Positions 12,810 through 25,139 of a DNA stretch of 42,356 nt are shown here, piece after piece. The stretch is from Jimgerdemannia flammicorona (taxonomy: Eukaryota): contig RBNJ01000092.1 in the NCBI GenBank assembly GCA_003990765.1, positions 1-42,356 on the forward strand. Reading direction: 5' to 3'. How positions within the stretch are numbered: position 1 is the stretch's first letter; every line of letters starts with the position of its first letter. Made by a program: the position numbers and the translations under genes. Under the pieces are notes generated by a model. That model saw only the letters and a list, made by a program, of their open reading frames with translations, was not told where the DNA came from and did no database searches.

Positions 12810-13353
12810 TTCTCTTTATGCTGAGTCCCACGATCGATCAAATAGTTCAAAACTGTCAACATCATGTTTGTCATTTGTCCTGCGGAGAAATACACGACAA
12901 TCAAATGCGCGCGCGGCCCCCATGCCACGTTCCGAGGGTCCCATGCCACGTTCCGGGTTTCGCTGAGCCACGTGCACGGACCCATAATTCTCATGAAAAT
13001 ACCAATTAGTAGGGAACAGGATCTCGGCTGATTCGAGAGATCAATTCAATCGACCTGACACTATCAAGAAGTCATTGTATCATTGATTTCTTGAAGAGCT
13101 GATTCAACAAAGAAACAAGCTGGATTTCAGTGACATTTGAGTCATTTGAGTGTCAAGACTTGTGATGGCTGTGAGAAGACAGATAAGCTATGACTGTACA
13201 GACTTACATCTGAGGACATGACAGACCTACATAATAACTTGGAAAAAATATTACTCCAAGATAGATAGAGAGAGGGAAAGGAGTGTCAGACTATCTAATC
13301 TAACTTTGTATATGAATACAGTAGTGTACCCATGTGACTCAACACTCAAACTC

Positions 13354-13677
13354 TCATCGGCTTGCAATACTTTGCAATTTGCAATCTGAGATATGACGGT
13401 TATATGCGAAGGGATATATGTATTCATTGCAAATGCGACACTGAATCTTGCCATCTTCCCAGTTCGTGGGCGGCGGCGGAGATCCCTCTGAGTGCTCGTG
13501 TTGAAGATAACGTTCTACCCCGCAGAATGTTTGCGGGCATTCCAAACATTCAAAGTCTTCATGCTGCATGTAGAAATGTTCTTGGGCCTCTCCCCCTGTC
13601 ACAAAGCGTTGGTAGCAGCCGGGTGCTGCGCAACGATGTCTAGGCCGCGGACTCCTCGAGGAAGCAGTGTTGCCCAT
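13354..13677 (-). CDS. Small zinc-finger protein (C2H2 + degenerate C2H2 + C2HC/UBZ-like) with an MGxxxS start, ~107 aa, possibly truncated
   Basis: MGNTASS start, CAAPGC-x12-HFYMQH, CLEC-x12-HEH and CRIC-x11-HISDC. Head-to-head with the importin-like gene. Confidence 0.6.
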   Translation of the reverse strand: MGNTASSRSPRPRHRCAAPGCYQRFVTGGEAQEHFYMQHEDFECLECPQTFCGVERYLQHEHSEGSPPPPTNWEDGKIQCRICNEYIYPFAYNRHISDCKLQSIASR

Positions 13678-13982
13678 TCGTTTTGAGGCGATGGAAGAAG
13701 TTTTGTTGAGCAAGGCCCTTGTTCGGGCGAGCGGAGATGGAATCACGTTTGGTCTGTTTCGTTGTTTGATCATTGTTATTGTCCCTATAAGGCACACGTC
13801 GCCAAACTTGATCACGTTACCTAATTGGGGCGTGACTTTTCCCCGTGCTGTAATTAGCCTTTTGACACCCACCCCTCCTGTTCATCATTTTTTGTCGTCC
13901 TGTCCGTCCGTTGTTGCCATAATATCCGCCTTCGCGAAATCAAACCCCTCCCCCCAAAAAAATAATAACACACACACCAGCA

Positions 13983-16900
13983 ATGTCTCGAGACCTCCGA
14001 CGGATTGGCGACCCTGAGCCCGACCCTACCTCCGCCCTCTCGGACGACGATAGCGACGATGGATATCATGGGGGAGGGGGCGTCGCAGACGCGCTGGACG
14101 AGATTAGTCGCAAGTTCGCAAACGTAAGCCTGGATCATTCGTTGGGAGCCCGTGGAGACACCGTGGACAGGTCACAGGTAAGACGTGAGGAGGTGATGGG
14201 ATTTATGAGTTGCCTCTCGTGTGCAGAGAGTGGAAGGTGGCGCACGAGAAATGCAGACTGAGCCGACCTTGTGAGAGAATGGACAGTACAACGCGAGCAA
14301 ATCGCGTTTACTCGCTCACATTGATCAAGGAACTTGCCTCAGTACCAGTCATGCAAAAAAAAAATTAATCCTGCAAATGGTTGACACCTCAACCTAATTT
14401 TCCCTCCTTCCCCCCTCCCTTTTAGCTCCCGTACCTCAAAAACATGCTCCTCTCGTCCGATCTCGCCACCTGCCACGACGCCATTGTAATGGTGCGCAAG
14501 TACCTGTCGCAAGGTTCGGAGCACACAAACGCGCTATATTTATCATTCGCTCGTTTTTCGCTCAACTATGATATCACCATCGATCCTTACACCAAATTTA
14601 CGTACACACATCTCAACCAAACGCACTCATGGTCCTCATCGTATCCCTCAAACCGCCCCCGCACGTAACATCCACGCTTCAAAACCCCACCCCACCGCCT
14701 CCCTCCCACGCCCAACAGACAGCAATCAGACACGTATCACCGACATACTCCAGCTCGACGTTCTCGAGCGTCTCAAGGCGTTCCTGATGGCGTCGGAGGC
14801 CGCCCAGCTGCAGGTATGTAACAGGTGCGGCAACGGAAAAAAATATTACGAATACCAGGGAGGGTTTTCGGGCGGTGATGCAGGTATGTGTGACGTGAAA
14901 TTGGGGTCACGCGCGTGATGCTGATCGGCCGTTTTATTTTACATCACATATGCTTCCCATTCCCTGGACATTCGTTGTACAGTATGAGACTGCGTGGGTC
15001 GTGACCAATATTGCGGTGAGTTTGAACGAATGGTCTGTCATGCCGGGTCACTTCTGTTGATTTTCGTAACACATCCGTTGATGTTGGTCATTCATGCGTC
15101 CTTCGATCTACCTTCGTGCATTGTTGCCATACTCAGGCTGGCAACACGCCCCAGACCCAGGCCATCGTGGACGCCGGTTTCATCGACACGCTTCTGTTGT
15201 CGTTGGGAACCAAGGGGGCGTTAAGTTTGAAGACGCAGGTAAGGATTGTGCGAGAATTTTTGCATGTGGCGGGTCCATATATACCAGAGAACGCCCGGTT
15301 TGGGAGGTGAATAGCGGGACGCCGTTGATATTAACTCTATCATGGGAGCATTTATTATCATCTACACATTTGTCACCCATCACAATCTCTGATTACTCCA
15401 TTCCCGTATTCTGCACAGGTGGCCTGGGCGCTCTCGAACATTGCCGGCGAGTCCTCCGCACTCCGTGAGCACCTGATGCATCAGAACGCGCTCGGCGCTG
15501 TCGTCGAGGTGCTAAACAACGTACGGCATAACGTGGCCGCCGCGCAAGACTCGTCGCAGGTCGACCAAATGGCCACCATCCGCGCGCGCGGCATCTACGC
15601 CGACGTACGCGTGCTCGTCTGGACCGTGGCCAACATGTGTAGGGGTGGGTTCAAGGCTAAGGAAATGTGGTGGTTGGTGAGTTTTTGAGATGGGATGGAA
15701 TGTTTGGATTCTTTGGGTGGCGTGGGTGAGGGATTTGGTGTGATTTTTGTGCTCGGACTGACGAACATATGCGCATCTATCCCATTGGGATCCACTCCGC
15801 CCTCATATTTATAGTATATTCCCGCGTTCGAGACTCTAACGGAAATGCTGCTCCTGGAGGATATTGAAATCTGTACTGACGCATGGTGAGTTTATCTTTT
15901 TGTGTCGTTTTGTAGCAATACGGCTGGCTGAACATTGGTGATAAGGGTATGGACCAAAAAGTAGCCAGTGTTCTATAGAATTGAGGAAATATTAATTGAA
16001 TCAACTGCTTTTTGTTCAAACTCACCCTTTTACCAAATATTGCAATAGCTGGGGCCTGTCGCGAATCCTCAGTAATATGCATAAGGTGGACGAATTTTTG
16101 GATCACCTAAAGTTCAGTCCTAGGTTGTGCCCAAGGTTGGTGGAGTGTTGTTGGTGAGTAATCGGTAGAAGCTAGAGGATTTACATGATTTCCAGCGAAC
16201 GTGTAAGAAGGGGGGAGAAAAGCCATACTGGTTGATTTCATTAATGTGATCCACCTGGCAACCTCCTGTTATATTTATTTTACCTTCATATTTTCCTCTT
16301 CTGAACCGGCCCAGTTCCAACAACATAAACCTCCAAACCCCAGCTCTCCGCACCATCATTAACATCGCCTCCGGCCCAAACCAGCATATCAGTACCCTCC
16401 TCGAGGCACATCCGTTCCCAACACTTATCCTCTTCCTCGATAACCAGAACTCCCCGGGCCTCCGTCGCGACGCCCTCCTCACGATTGCCAACATCGCCGC
16501 TGGCGACGAGAAGCATGTTGCCTGCGTACTGGACTTCCCAGGGCTGATGGACCGGGTGGAAGAAATGGTGTCCGTCGTGGGGAGCGAGCCTGAGGGCGAC
16601 GACATCGACGACGAGGATCTGGGGATGGGCACCAGCAGGAGACGGTATCGGAGGGGAAGGCATGATGATGGTGACGAGGAGGAGGAATGGAAAGTTGTTC
16701 AGGAGGCTGTGTGGATTGTGAGCAATGTCACAAGTTTGGGGAGCGTGCAAAAAGTTGGGTAAGTTATGTTTTGAAGTATACTTATACTTGTAGGTTTTGA
16801 CCATGGAAAAAAAAAAACGATCACTTCCGACATTAAAGGCATTTTTCTCGTACGTTCTTCTTTTTCTATACAGCGAACTCCTCCACACGCACCCCCTCCT

Positions 16901-17363
16901 TCCTCGCCGCCTCACCTATCTCATTCAACACCAACAAACCCCGACTATGACCCTGATCAAGGCCCTCGACGCCATCACCAACATTATCTCGCGCACACAA
17001 CCGCCGCATCTACCCGAGTTCGTCCACCTTGGTGCCCTCGAGACGGCCATGCTGATCGGTAAGCGTGGCGGGCGCGGTTCGCTGGGGGTCGTGGAGCGGT
17101 GCGAGGCTCTAGTGGAGAAGTCAATGCAGGTGACGGGCGGCGACGTAACCCAGCTAGTGGATGGGATGAACGGCAACGTGTCAATCGAGATGGTCCCGAG
17201 AAGGCTGAGCCTGCTGCAGCAGCAGGAGCAGAGAAGGGCGCTAGCGGAGAGGGAGGCAAGGAGGAGGAGCGCCGGAACGTCATTGGACGGCGAGCTGGAC
17301 GGCGATGTCATGTGGGTGGAGGAGGCGGTGGGTAGGATGAGCATCTTGGGAAAAGAGGGTTGA
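13983..17363 (+). CDS. Divergent importin-alpha-like armadillo-repeat protein, ~608-626 aa, 10 exons
   Basis: Exons 13983-14123 (or -14177), 14426-14513, 14719-14813, 14983-15015, 15137-15238, 15419-15676, 15815-15885, 16049-16153, 16315-16758, 16874-17363, all in frame. ARM helices LQYETAWVVTNIAAG, QVAWALSNIAGES, VWTVANMCRG, DACWGLSRI, TPALRTIINIASG, DALLTIANIAAG and EAVWIVSNVTS. Confidence 0.88.
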
Positions 17364-17949
17364 GATGGTGTAGTGGAGGAGGGGATATTTTATTTCGCAT
17401 TTCACTATATTCGCCTGTCTTTAATTCATGCTCGCTATTGAAGGAACCGGCGCCATCTTTTGTTAACTTTCATGTTTCTCGGGCTCTTTCTGTCTATATT
17501 TACCGGATCACCGCTTGCATGTGGGATGGAGGCCCGTGAACAACTCTTATCCGCCTGTTCCCTTCGATTTGGACTTCTTCCTCATATTCTTGTTCACTTT
17601 CTCCGGGATTGTGTTTTGGTGCATGTATATAAAAATATGTATCGGTCATGATTGATTCGCTCCTTGTAGGCAGAACTTTTTTTTTTTAGCTGCATCACAA
17701 TCGGACCGATATGCGTGATTTCCCCTTCTCGTGACTGTCTATTCCTAATACTTTGCTTGGTGAGTTTCGGATTGGTATGAGCGACCATGACTGGTCAACA
17801 CTAGTCAGGCACATGAAAATCACCCCGTACACTTATGTGAGCCCAATTCAGCAAAGCCTTCATTGAGACCTCTCTTCGAGGAACAGAAGTCCTCTCAGAA
17901 AGACCCCTTGGGTGCTGTTTACATTCTTATCTACTATCTATTTACAATT

Positions 17950-18393
17950 CTGATAGGAAACCCTTTTGATCACTCAGGCAAAGATGTCTTTTTAACAAGA
18001 AAGCAGTATATCATCTAGATTGAAAAATCAAAGAGACTAAAGAGACTACAAAACTGGTATTTGTCACAGCAGATGATATAAGAGCTACTTCTTTCAGAAT
18101 ATCTCTATCAGATTTAAAGTAATTATCTTAGTAAATGTGATCATAACAAATATTATCAATTATAATATTCTTATTAATAATTAGTGACTTTATAAGATCA
18201 GAACAATAATTGATATAAATGTTCAAAAGATATAAATTATCTACTATAAACAAAAGATGTAAATCTCATTAATATTAATAAAGAAGTATTTTTTGAGATA
18301 GAGAAAGAAGATAATAAACAAGAAGTAGTCTATATAATAACTATATAGAAAAAGAAGATCAGATAGATCAATAAAGAAGATTGAAATAGAAAA
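17950..18393 (+). mobile_element. Heavily decayed Gypsy-type aspartic protease fragment (outermost host of the nest)
   Basis: Conceptual translation KLVFVTAD..., NYNILINN**LYKIRTIIDIN parallels the family-B protease (IIVADG..., TYDIILGTNWMK*MNAVIDIS). Boundaries are approximate. Confidence 0.55.
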
Positions 18394-18575
18394 TGTAAAG
18401 AGTTACTTATTAAGATAACTATTATATAGTTCTGGAAGAGTTTTCTGAAAGTTCTAGATATTTTAAAAGACTGTTTTCTTAAGGTTAAGATCAATTTCAT
18501 ATAGAGTATATTCTCTATACTTATTGATTTCTAGATCAGATTGATGTCTCAACCAAAGTTCTTTTTTGGACTAGT

Positions 18576-20629
18576 TGTAAGGGCACAACCTCCAAGCCAC
18601 CAAAACTACATATCACCCTCTGAACAAGTCACTGAAATCACACACAACCTCTGAACAAATCTGGAAATCATCTGCTTGATCACAAAGCTGAGTCAAACCG
18701 AAGTCACAGTGTACAAAGCTAAGTCAATACAAAGTCACAGAACACAAGATTTACACAAATGGAATCTTACCAATCAGGATAAAATGCATATATACCGAGC
18801 ACCAAGACGTGTTGAATCAGAGAACCAAAACAAATAACAACCACAACTTCCAAATACACAAACATGACCACTAAGATCTATGCCCATATTTGCGCTGACA
18901 TTTGGAATGCCATTGTCAATAGAGCCACATCCCCTCTGCCCCTCATGAATATCCATAGCCTAGCACCCCTCTACTTTGTGGAAGCCCGATGGAATACTCT
19001 GAACATGCTTAGTGAGGCCCACTGAATCAGACAAATCTCAAGCTACTACTAGATTGGCTGCCTTCTGGAAGACATGATCAAACACCACCACAATACAGAC
19101 ATCACCCAGATGTCTCAACACCAGAAGCTCATCGCCCGCAAACATCGAGAACTCTTCTACGAGTATAGCACTGTTATTCCCTGCCTCCGAGTTACCACAG
19201 CTGAAATGATTACTACCCTGTCTTATGGCCAAATCGATGACATGATACAAGAACTCAACCACAAGTATGTCAAGTATATCGAAACCACAGACAGAACCTT
19301 CCCACATCCCAATGATCATATTTTACAAATGCCCCAAGTTGGATATGCCATGAAGGATATCTATAATATAATCTACTTCGATGAAGATAAAGCAGAAGAC
19401 AATAATCCCTCTGATGCCAATATGATCTCTAGTCAAGGATCCCTGCCAACTCTGATCACACTGCCAACCTTGCTGATGAACTTACAACAATTCATAACAG
19501 CATATGAGACTTATTGGGACAATGACCACTGGCATAAATACCAACCTGCATTCACCCCCAATTACTTCAACTATAACAATGAGACTGGAGAATACAACCT
19601 GTACCTCCAGACAACCCTCGAGATTGAACCAACCACTCCACCACCTGAGTATGAGTGATATGAACCACAGCCACCAGCTTACTACAACCCTGCAACTCAT
19701 AGTGTCATAATCTATAGAAGGTATGCAGATAGTGAAACCAATGAAAGCAAAGATGATGCACCCCTCCTTCACCCACTAACACCTTATCTAGCATATGAGA
19801 CAGATGATGCCATCTTGTGGAATGGAGATGAAGTTCCAATGTATTATTACCTCAGCAAACAAGGAGAAGTAATCCACAAACTACTTTTTCTGGATGACTA
19901 CTTCATCAGAGATGATACAATCAATGGTGATGTTATTGAGGACTACCCAGACAGTGCCTAAACCATAAATAGCCTAGCAGTCATAGTATAGTTAGAATAG
20001 CCTTGTATGATGTGACTGTGAACTGATTCAGCAGTCAGATGATCTCTTGATATGTCAGATCACACGTGTACTACATGACTGCATTCCGACTCAGCAAAGC
20101 ACTTAGTGCTATATCCATATTCAGTATAGTCCAGATAGCCCCTCACTAGTATAAATACCCCCTCCCCCAGACCTCAGAATCTCAGACTCGAATACATAAA
20201 AATATTCCTGAATACTTCCCCACAATATTCCTTCACACAACTACTCCTAGTGTAAGCAATATCATAAATAGCAAATAAACCTATTCAAATAATCCACAAA
20301 CCACTCTTAAGTAAATCTGCTCCCCATTAGGTCCCATTCCTAACCCTGTTACGAAATTTCCTAATTGGGTATTGTCTGCAGCGATATGCCAATTCAACTA
20401 AGCTAATCTTAGTTTCTTGAACTTCCTGAAATATGGAAAATCCAAACATCCAGAACTAGTCCGAAAAAAGGACTTTGGTTGAGACATCAACCTGAACTTA
20501 AAATCAATAAGCATAGAGGACATACTCCATACAAAATTGATCTTGACCATAAGAAAACAGTCTTCTAGAATATCCAGAAAACCTTTCCAGAACTACATAA
20601 CAGTTACCCTAAAAAGCAACCCTCTTATA
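18576..20629 (+). mobile_element. Family-A element (younger copy, 2054 bp), probable solo LTR
   Basis: TGTAAG...CTCTTATA termini, 5-bp TSD CTAGT (18571-18575, 20630-20634), TATAAATA at ~20150 and AATAAA at ~20274. Confidence 0.9.
18864..19961 (+). pseudogene. Accessory ORF-A inside the family-A element, 365 codons, three C->T stops, no frameshift
   Basis: CAAACATG at 18864 is in frame to TAA at 19959-19961. The stops at 19023 (TGA) and 19050 (TAG) read CAA and CAG in the other copy; the third stop is TGA at 19656. It includes track ORF 19074-19658. Confidence 0.85.
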
Positions 20630-22080
20630 CTAGTTCTGGATATTCAGGATTTTTTATATTTCAGGAAGTAGACCAACTTAGTTGAATTGATATATCACTA
20701 TAGACAATGCCTAATTAGAAAATTTTGTGATATGGTTAGGAGTAGGATCAAATGAAGTTCAAATTTACTTAAAAGTAGTTTATAGATTATTAAATAGATT
20801 TATTTACTATTTATAATATTGCTATACTAGGAGTAGTTGTAAAGAGATATTGTGGGGAAATATTTAGAATTGTTTTTGTCTATTTGAGTCTGAGATTCAG
20901 AGGTCTGTAGGAGGGGATATTTATACTAATGAGAGGCTATCTAGACTAGGCTAAATATAGATATAGTACTTAGTACCTCACTGAGTTGGAATATAGTCAT
21001 ATAGTATAAGTATAAACTGACATATTAAGAGATCATCTAACTGCTAAGTCAGTATACAGTTATATTATATAAGGCTAATTTAACTATACTAATAACTGCT
21101 AAGTTATCTATGAATTTAGATACTATCTAGATAGTCTTTGATGATATCACTATTGATGATATCATCTCTGATGAAGTAGTCATCTAGAAAGAGTAGTTCT
21201 TAGATTACTTCTCTCTGTTTACTTAGATAATAATATATTAGAATCTCATTATTATCCTACAGGATAGTATTATCTGTCTCATATACTAGATATAGAGTTG
21301 ATGAGTGAAGGAGGAGTGCATTGACTTCACTTTCATCAGATTTGCTATCTATATACCTTCTATAGATTATAGTACTATGTGTTGCTGAGTTGTAGTAAGC
21401 TAGTAACTGTTGTTCATATTACTCATACTTGAGTAATGGAGTTGTTGGTTCAATTTTGAGAGTTGTCTAGAGATATAGGTTATATTCTCCAGTCTCTTCA
21501 TTATAGTTGAAGTAATTAGAAGTAAATACAGATTGGTACTCATACTAGTAGTTATTGTCCTAATAGATCTTATAGGTAGTTATGAACTATTATAAGTTCA
21601 TTGGTAAGATTGATAGAGTGATCAGAGTTGGCAGAGATCTTTGGCTTGAGGTCATATTGATATTGAAGGGATCATTATCTTCTGCTTCATCATCATCAAA
21701 CCAGATTATATCATAGATGTCCTTCATGGTATATCCAACTTGGAGCATTTGCAGGATGTGGTCATCAGGGTATGGAAAGGTTCTATCTGTAGTTTGAATG
21801 TACTTGATATACTTGTGATTGAATTCTTATACTATATCATCAATTTGGCCATAGGACAGGGTAGTAACCATTTCAGCAGTAGTAACTTAGAGGTGAGAAA
21901 TAAAGGTATTATACTTATAGAAGAGTTCTCAGTATTTACAAGTAATGAGTTTCTAGTATTGAGATATCTGGATAATATCTGTGTCATAGTGGTGTTCAAC
22001 TATATCTTTCAGGAGATGACTGATCTGATAGTAGCTTGATATTTGTCCAATTTGGTGAACTTCATTAAGCATATTCAGGG

Positions 22081-24622
22081 CAGAGCCCTCTAGGTGAGAA
22101 GGGTGAAGCAGAGGTAAGAGGGGGTACTAGATTCTGAAGAAGAGGTGGAGTAGTCTGTGGAGTGAGGAGGAGAGTAGGGCTGATACTACTACTATTGACT
22201 GTACTTTGGAGGATTAGTACCCACTATGAGCAGAAGGATTGGACAGATTGGTGATATCTGTATAGGAGGAGGAGATTCTTTAGATTCTTGCTATAACTAT
22301 ACCAGATATAGCATCAGGAGTGGATGGTCTGTCCTGGGACTTCTGGAAGAAGATGGTAGAAGTCTCTAGAATACTGAGAGAGCTGAGAGCACTCTGCAAC
22401 TTGATACTACAATTAGAGAATGGGTGGGTAAGCAGAATCTGGGACTGGTAGTACTGTTTTATAAGAATAAGGACAGAAAGAAGGACTGGAAGAACTAGCA
22501 GCCAATCATACTTCTGAATATGGATAGAAAGTTGGTTACTAAGGTAGTGGTAATAAGGTTGCAGAAGATGGCTTAGCAAATCTTGAGTGAGGAGCAGTGG
22601 GGCTTTGTAGGAGGCTAGCTTATTTGAGATAGTACAGTCTGGATATATAGAGTCATTGAAGGGATGCAAGCCTATGAACTGGATGGATATCTGGTTTTCT
22701 TAGATCAGGAGAAGATATATGACTATGTTTGGCAGATCTGATTGGAGAAGGTTTTGGATAGAATTGACATCCTATATTAGTTCCAAGTGATTATGATCAG
22801 TCTACTGGAGGGGAGCAGAGCTGCTCTCATATATAATAAGTATCACAGAGTAGCATTCTCTCTAGGTAGAGGTGTTCTCCAGAGAGACCCACTGTCCTCC
22901 ATTCTGTATACTCTCTCTTTAGAACCTTTGATAGATAGGATTAGGTGAAAGATAGTCAGAATCTCAATATTCAGGATTAGGTGGAAAGTTGGAGTCTTTG
23001 TGGATGATATAGTGGTTGGCCTGAGTTTGATCACTAATGTAGAGAAACTCAGGGAGACTGTGGAGTGGTATGAGGTATACTCTGGGGCTCAACTCAATTG
23101 GCATAAGTGTGAAATAATGGTGTTGGGCAATGGCTTGATGAGAGGAGATATTATTGGAACAATTGTCCCTGCTGGGAAGGTAGTGCAATACTTGGATATC
23201 TATCTGTCAGTGTATGGATTAGTTCTACTGAAACTTTGGTGGGAACAGAGGGTTGTAATCTGAGGGGAGGTCCTGCAGAGTTGGAGAGGATAACACTTAT
23301 CTCTGGCAGAGTATATTTCAATATTGAATGTCTACTGGCTACCAAAATTGTGGTATTTGGCTTATCACCTGGACTTTCTCACCTGAGTGGTTAAGAGGCT
23401 GCTGAAACTGGCCAAGAGGTGGATCTGAACTGAGAGGAGGAGTCAGATTAGCTGGGAAATCCTATCTCTGCCAGTGATGAGAGGGGGTCTTAGACTGATT
23501 GACTTTCTGAAGAGGTTGCACTATCTGAGAGCATAGTAGTTGAAGAGAGCTGTGGAACTGAGAGAGAGTGGATAGGTGTCTCTGATGATGAAGATCTGGA
23601 AGATGAGGTCCTTGCTAAGAGACTCTACTAGAGATTTACTGTCCTTAATTGGGCTTCAGAACAATGAGTACATACAGTATAAAGACTTTTGGTAAGGAGT
23701 AGTAAATGGGGCATACTATATTGGAATTTATTGAAGAGGGAATAAAGGAGAGCTGTCTTGGAACCCAGTAATATAGAGATGGAACTAGGTATTACTGGGG
23801 GGCATTTTCTTAAGTAATTTCAATATTGGTAATAGGGTTGAGTACCAGAGAGAGTTAGGACAGGATTTGTGGCCCAGTGGATGGTAGTTGGTAAGTATTG
23901 GTGAGGAGTAAGACTGGAATGGGGTCTGGGCCTAGAGTGCTGAGGTAAGGTAGTGACTACTGCTGAAGTACTGAGTGGTCTAGTAGTATATACTGCAGAG
24001 GAATGTTATGCTTAACTTTCACTTGGGCCACCTTGTAGAGGGGGGAAGCTTTGACAGTGAGAAGTGCTATAATATAGGACAGGAAGGGAGATTTGTACAG
24101 ATATCAGAATATTGACTGAGGGAGTATAAGGTATTTAGTGAATTTTGACTAGTAGTTGGAGATAGATTAGACATTGTGTATAGGAGAGATGGTTAGAGAA
24201 GTTGGTGGGAGGATTTTTGAGATAGATTGGTGGAGAGGGAGGAGAAGGAGTGACTGACTATGAGTTGGATATTGGAATTTTGAGTGGGATTAGCAGGTCA
24301 CTAGTTATTTGTTTTCAAGGAAGAGAGATGCCTGAGTGTGGGAGTATAGCTGTTGAGATGGAAAGAGTTGATGAAGGATATCCTGACAGACTAGTGGTTA
24401 GGTTGGGATCTGCAGAGTGGTCAGTGGCATCAATTGGTAGAGAAAATCTGTAGACAGAGTGGGAGGAAGATTGGGGTAATGAGTGGTAAGGTAGTATTTA
24501 AGTATAATAGTATTGGAAGAGGTATCTCTATAGAGATTGGGTAGGGTGAGGGGGTACTGTAATTATATCAATAGACTGGTAATAAATAGTAAAGTCTAAG
24601 TAACTATAAAAAAAAAATAAAA
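22081..24622 (+). mobile_element. 5'-truncated L1/Tx1-clade LINE (RT region to poly-A), decayed
   Basis: SGVDGLSWDFW, QPIILLNMDRK, QWGFVGG, FLDQEK, GVLQRDPLS, VFVDD and SGAQLN motifs. Poly(A) at 24608-24622. 14-bp TSD AAGCATATTCAGGG (22067-22080) / AAGTATGTTCAGGG (24623-24636), with a TT|AAG cut site. Confidence 0.9.
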
Positions 24623-25139
24623 AAGTATGTTCAGGGTATTCTATTAGATTTCTATAAATTAAAGAAGTATTAGGCTATGGATATTCATAAGAAGCAGAAG
24701 AAGTGTGGCTTGGTTGACAATGGCATTCCAAATATTAGCATAGATGTAGTTATAGATCTCAATAGTCATGGTTATATATATATTCAAAAGTTATAGTTAT
24801 TTTTTTTATTTGTTGTAGTTCTCTATTTTTGACATATTTGAGAATTGAGTATATATATATTTGGTCCTAATTGGTAAGATTCCATTTATGTAAATCTTGT
24901 ATTTTGTAACTTTGAGTTGACTCAGCTTTGTGTGTTATGACTTCAGTTTGACTCAGCTTTGTGATTTTGCATATGATTTTCAGATTTATTTAGAGGGTAA
25001 TATGTAATTTTGGTGGCTTGAAGATTGTGTGCTTATAGAAAAATTACTAAAAAATATACTCTTTAAAAAAATCTACCTTTATGGAATATTATACAAAATA
25101 TATTAAGATTTATTATAAAGATAAGAAAAGAAGACAGAA

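Larger units (their letters stand above)
18394..25037 (-). mobile_element. Family-A ~2-kb LTR-like element (older copy), interrupted by a second A copy and a LINE
   Basis: Termini TGTAA...GCTTATA (decayed CTTACA) with a 5-bp TSD GAAAA at 18389-18393 and 25038-25042. Segments 18394-18575, 20635-22080 and 24637-25037 join into the reverse complement of 18576-20629. Confidence 0.9.
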
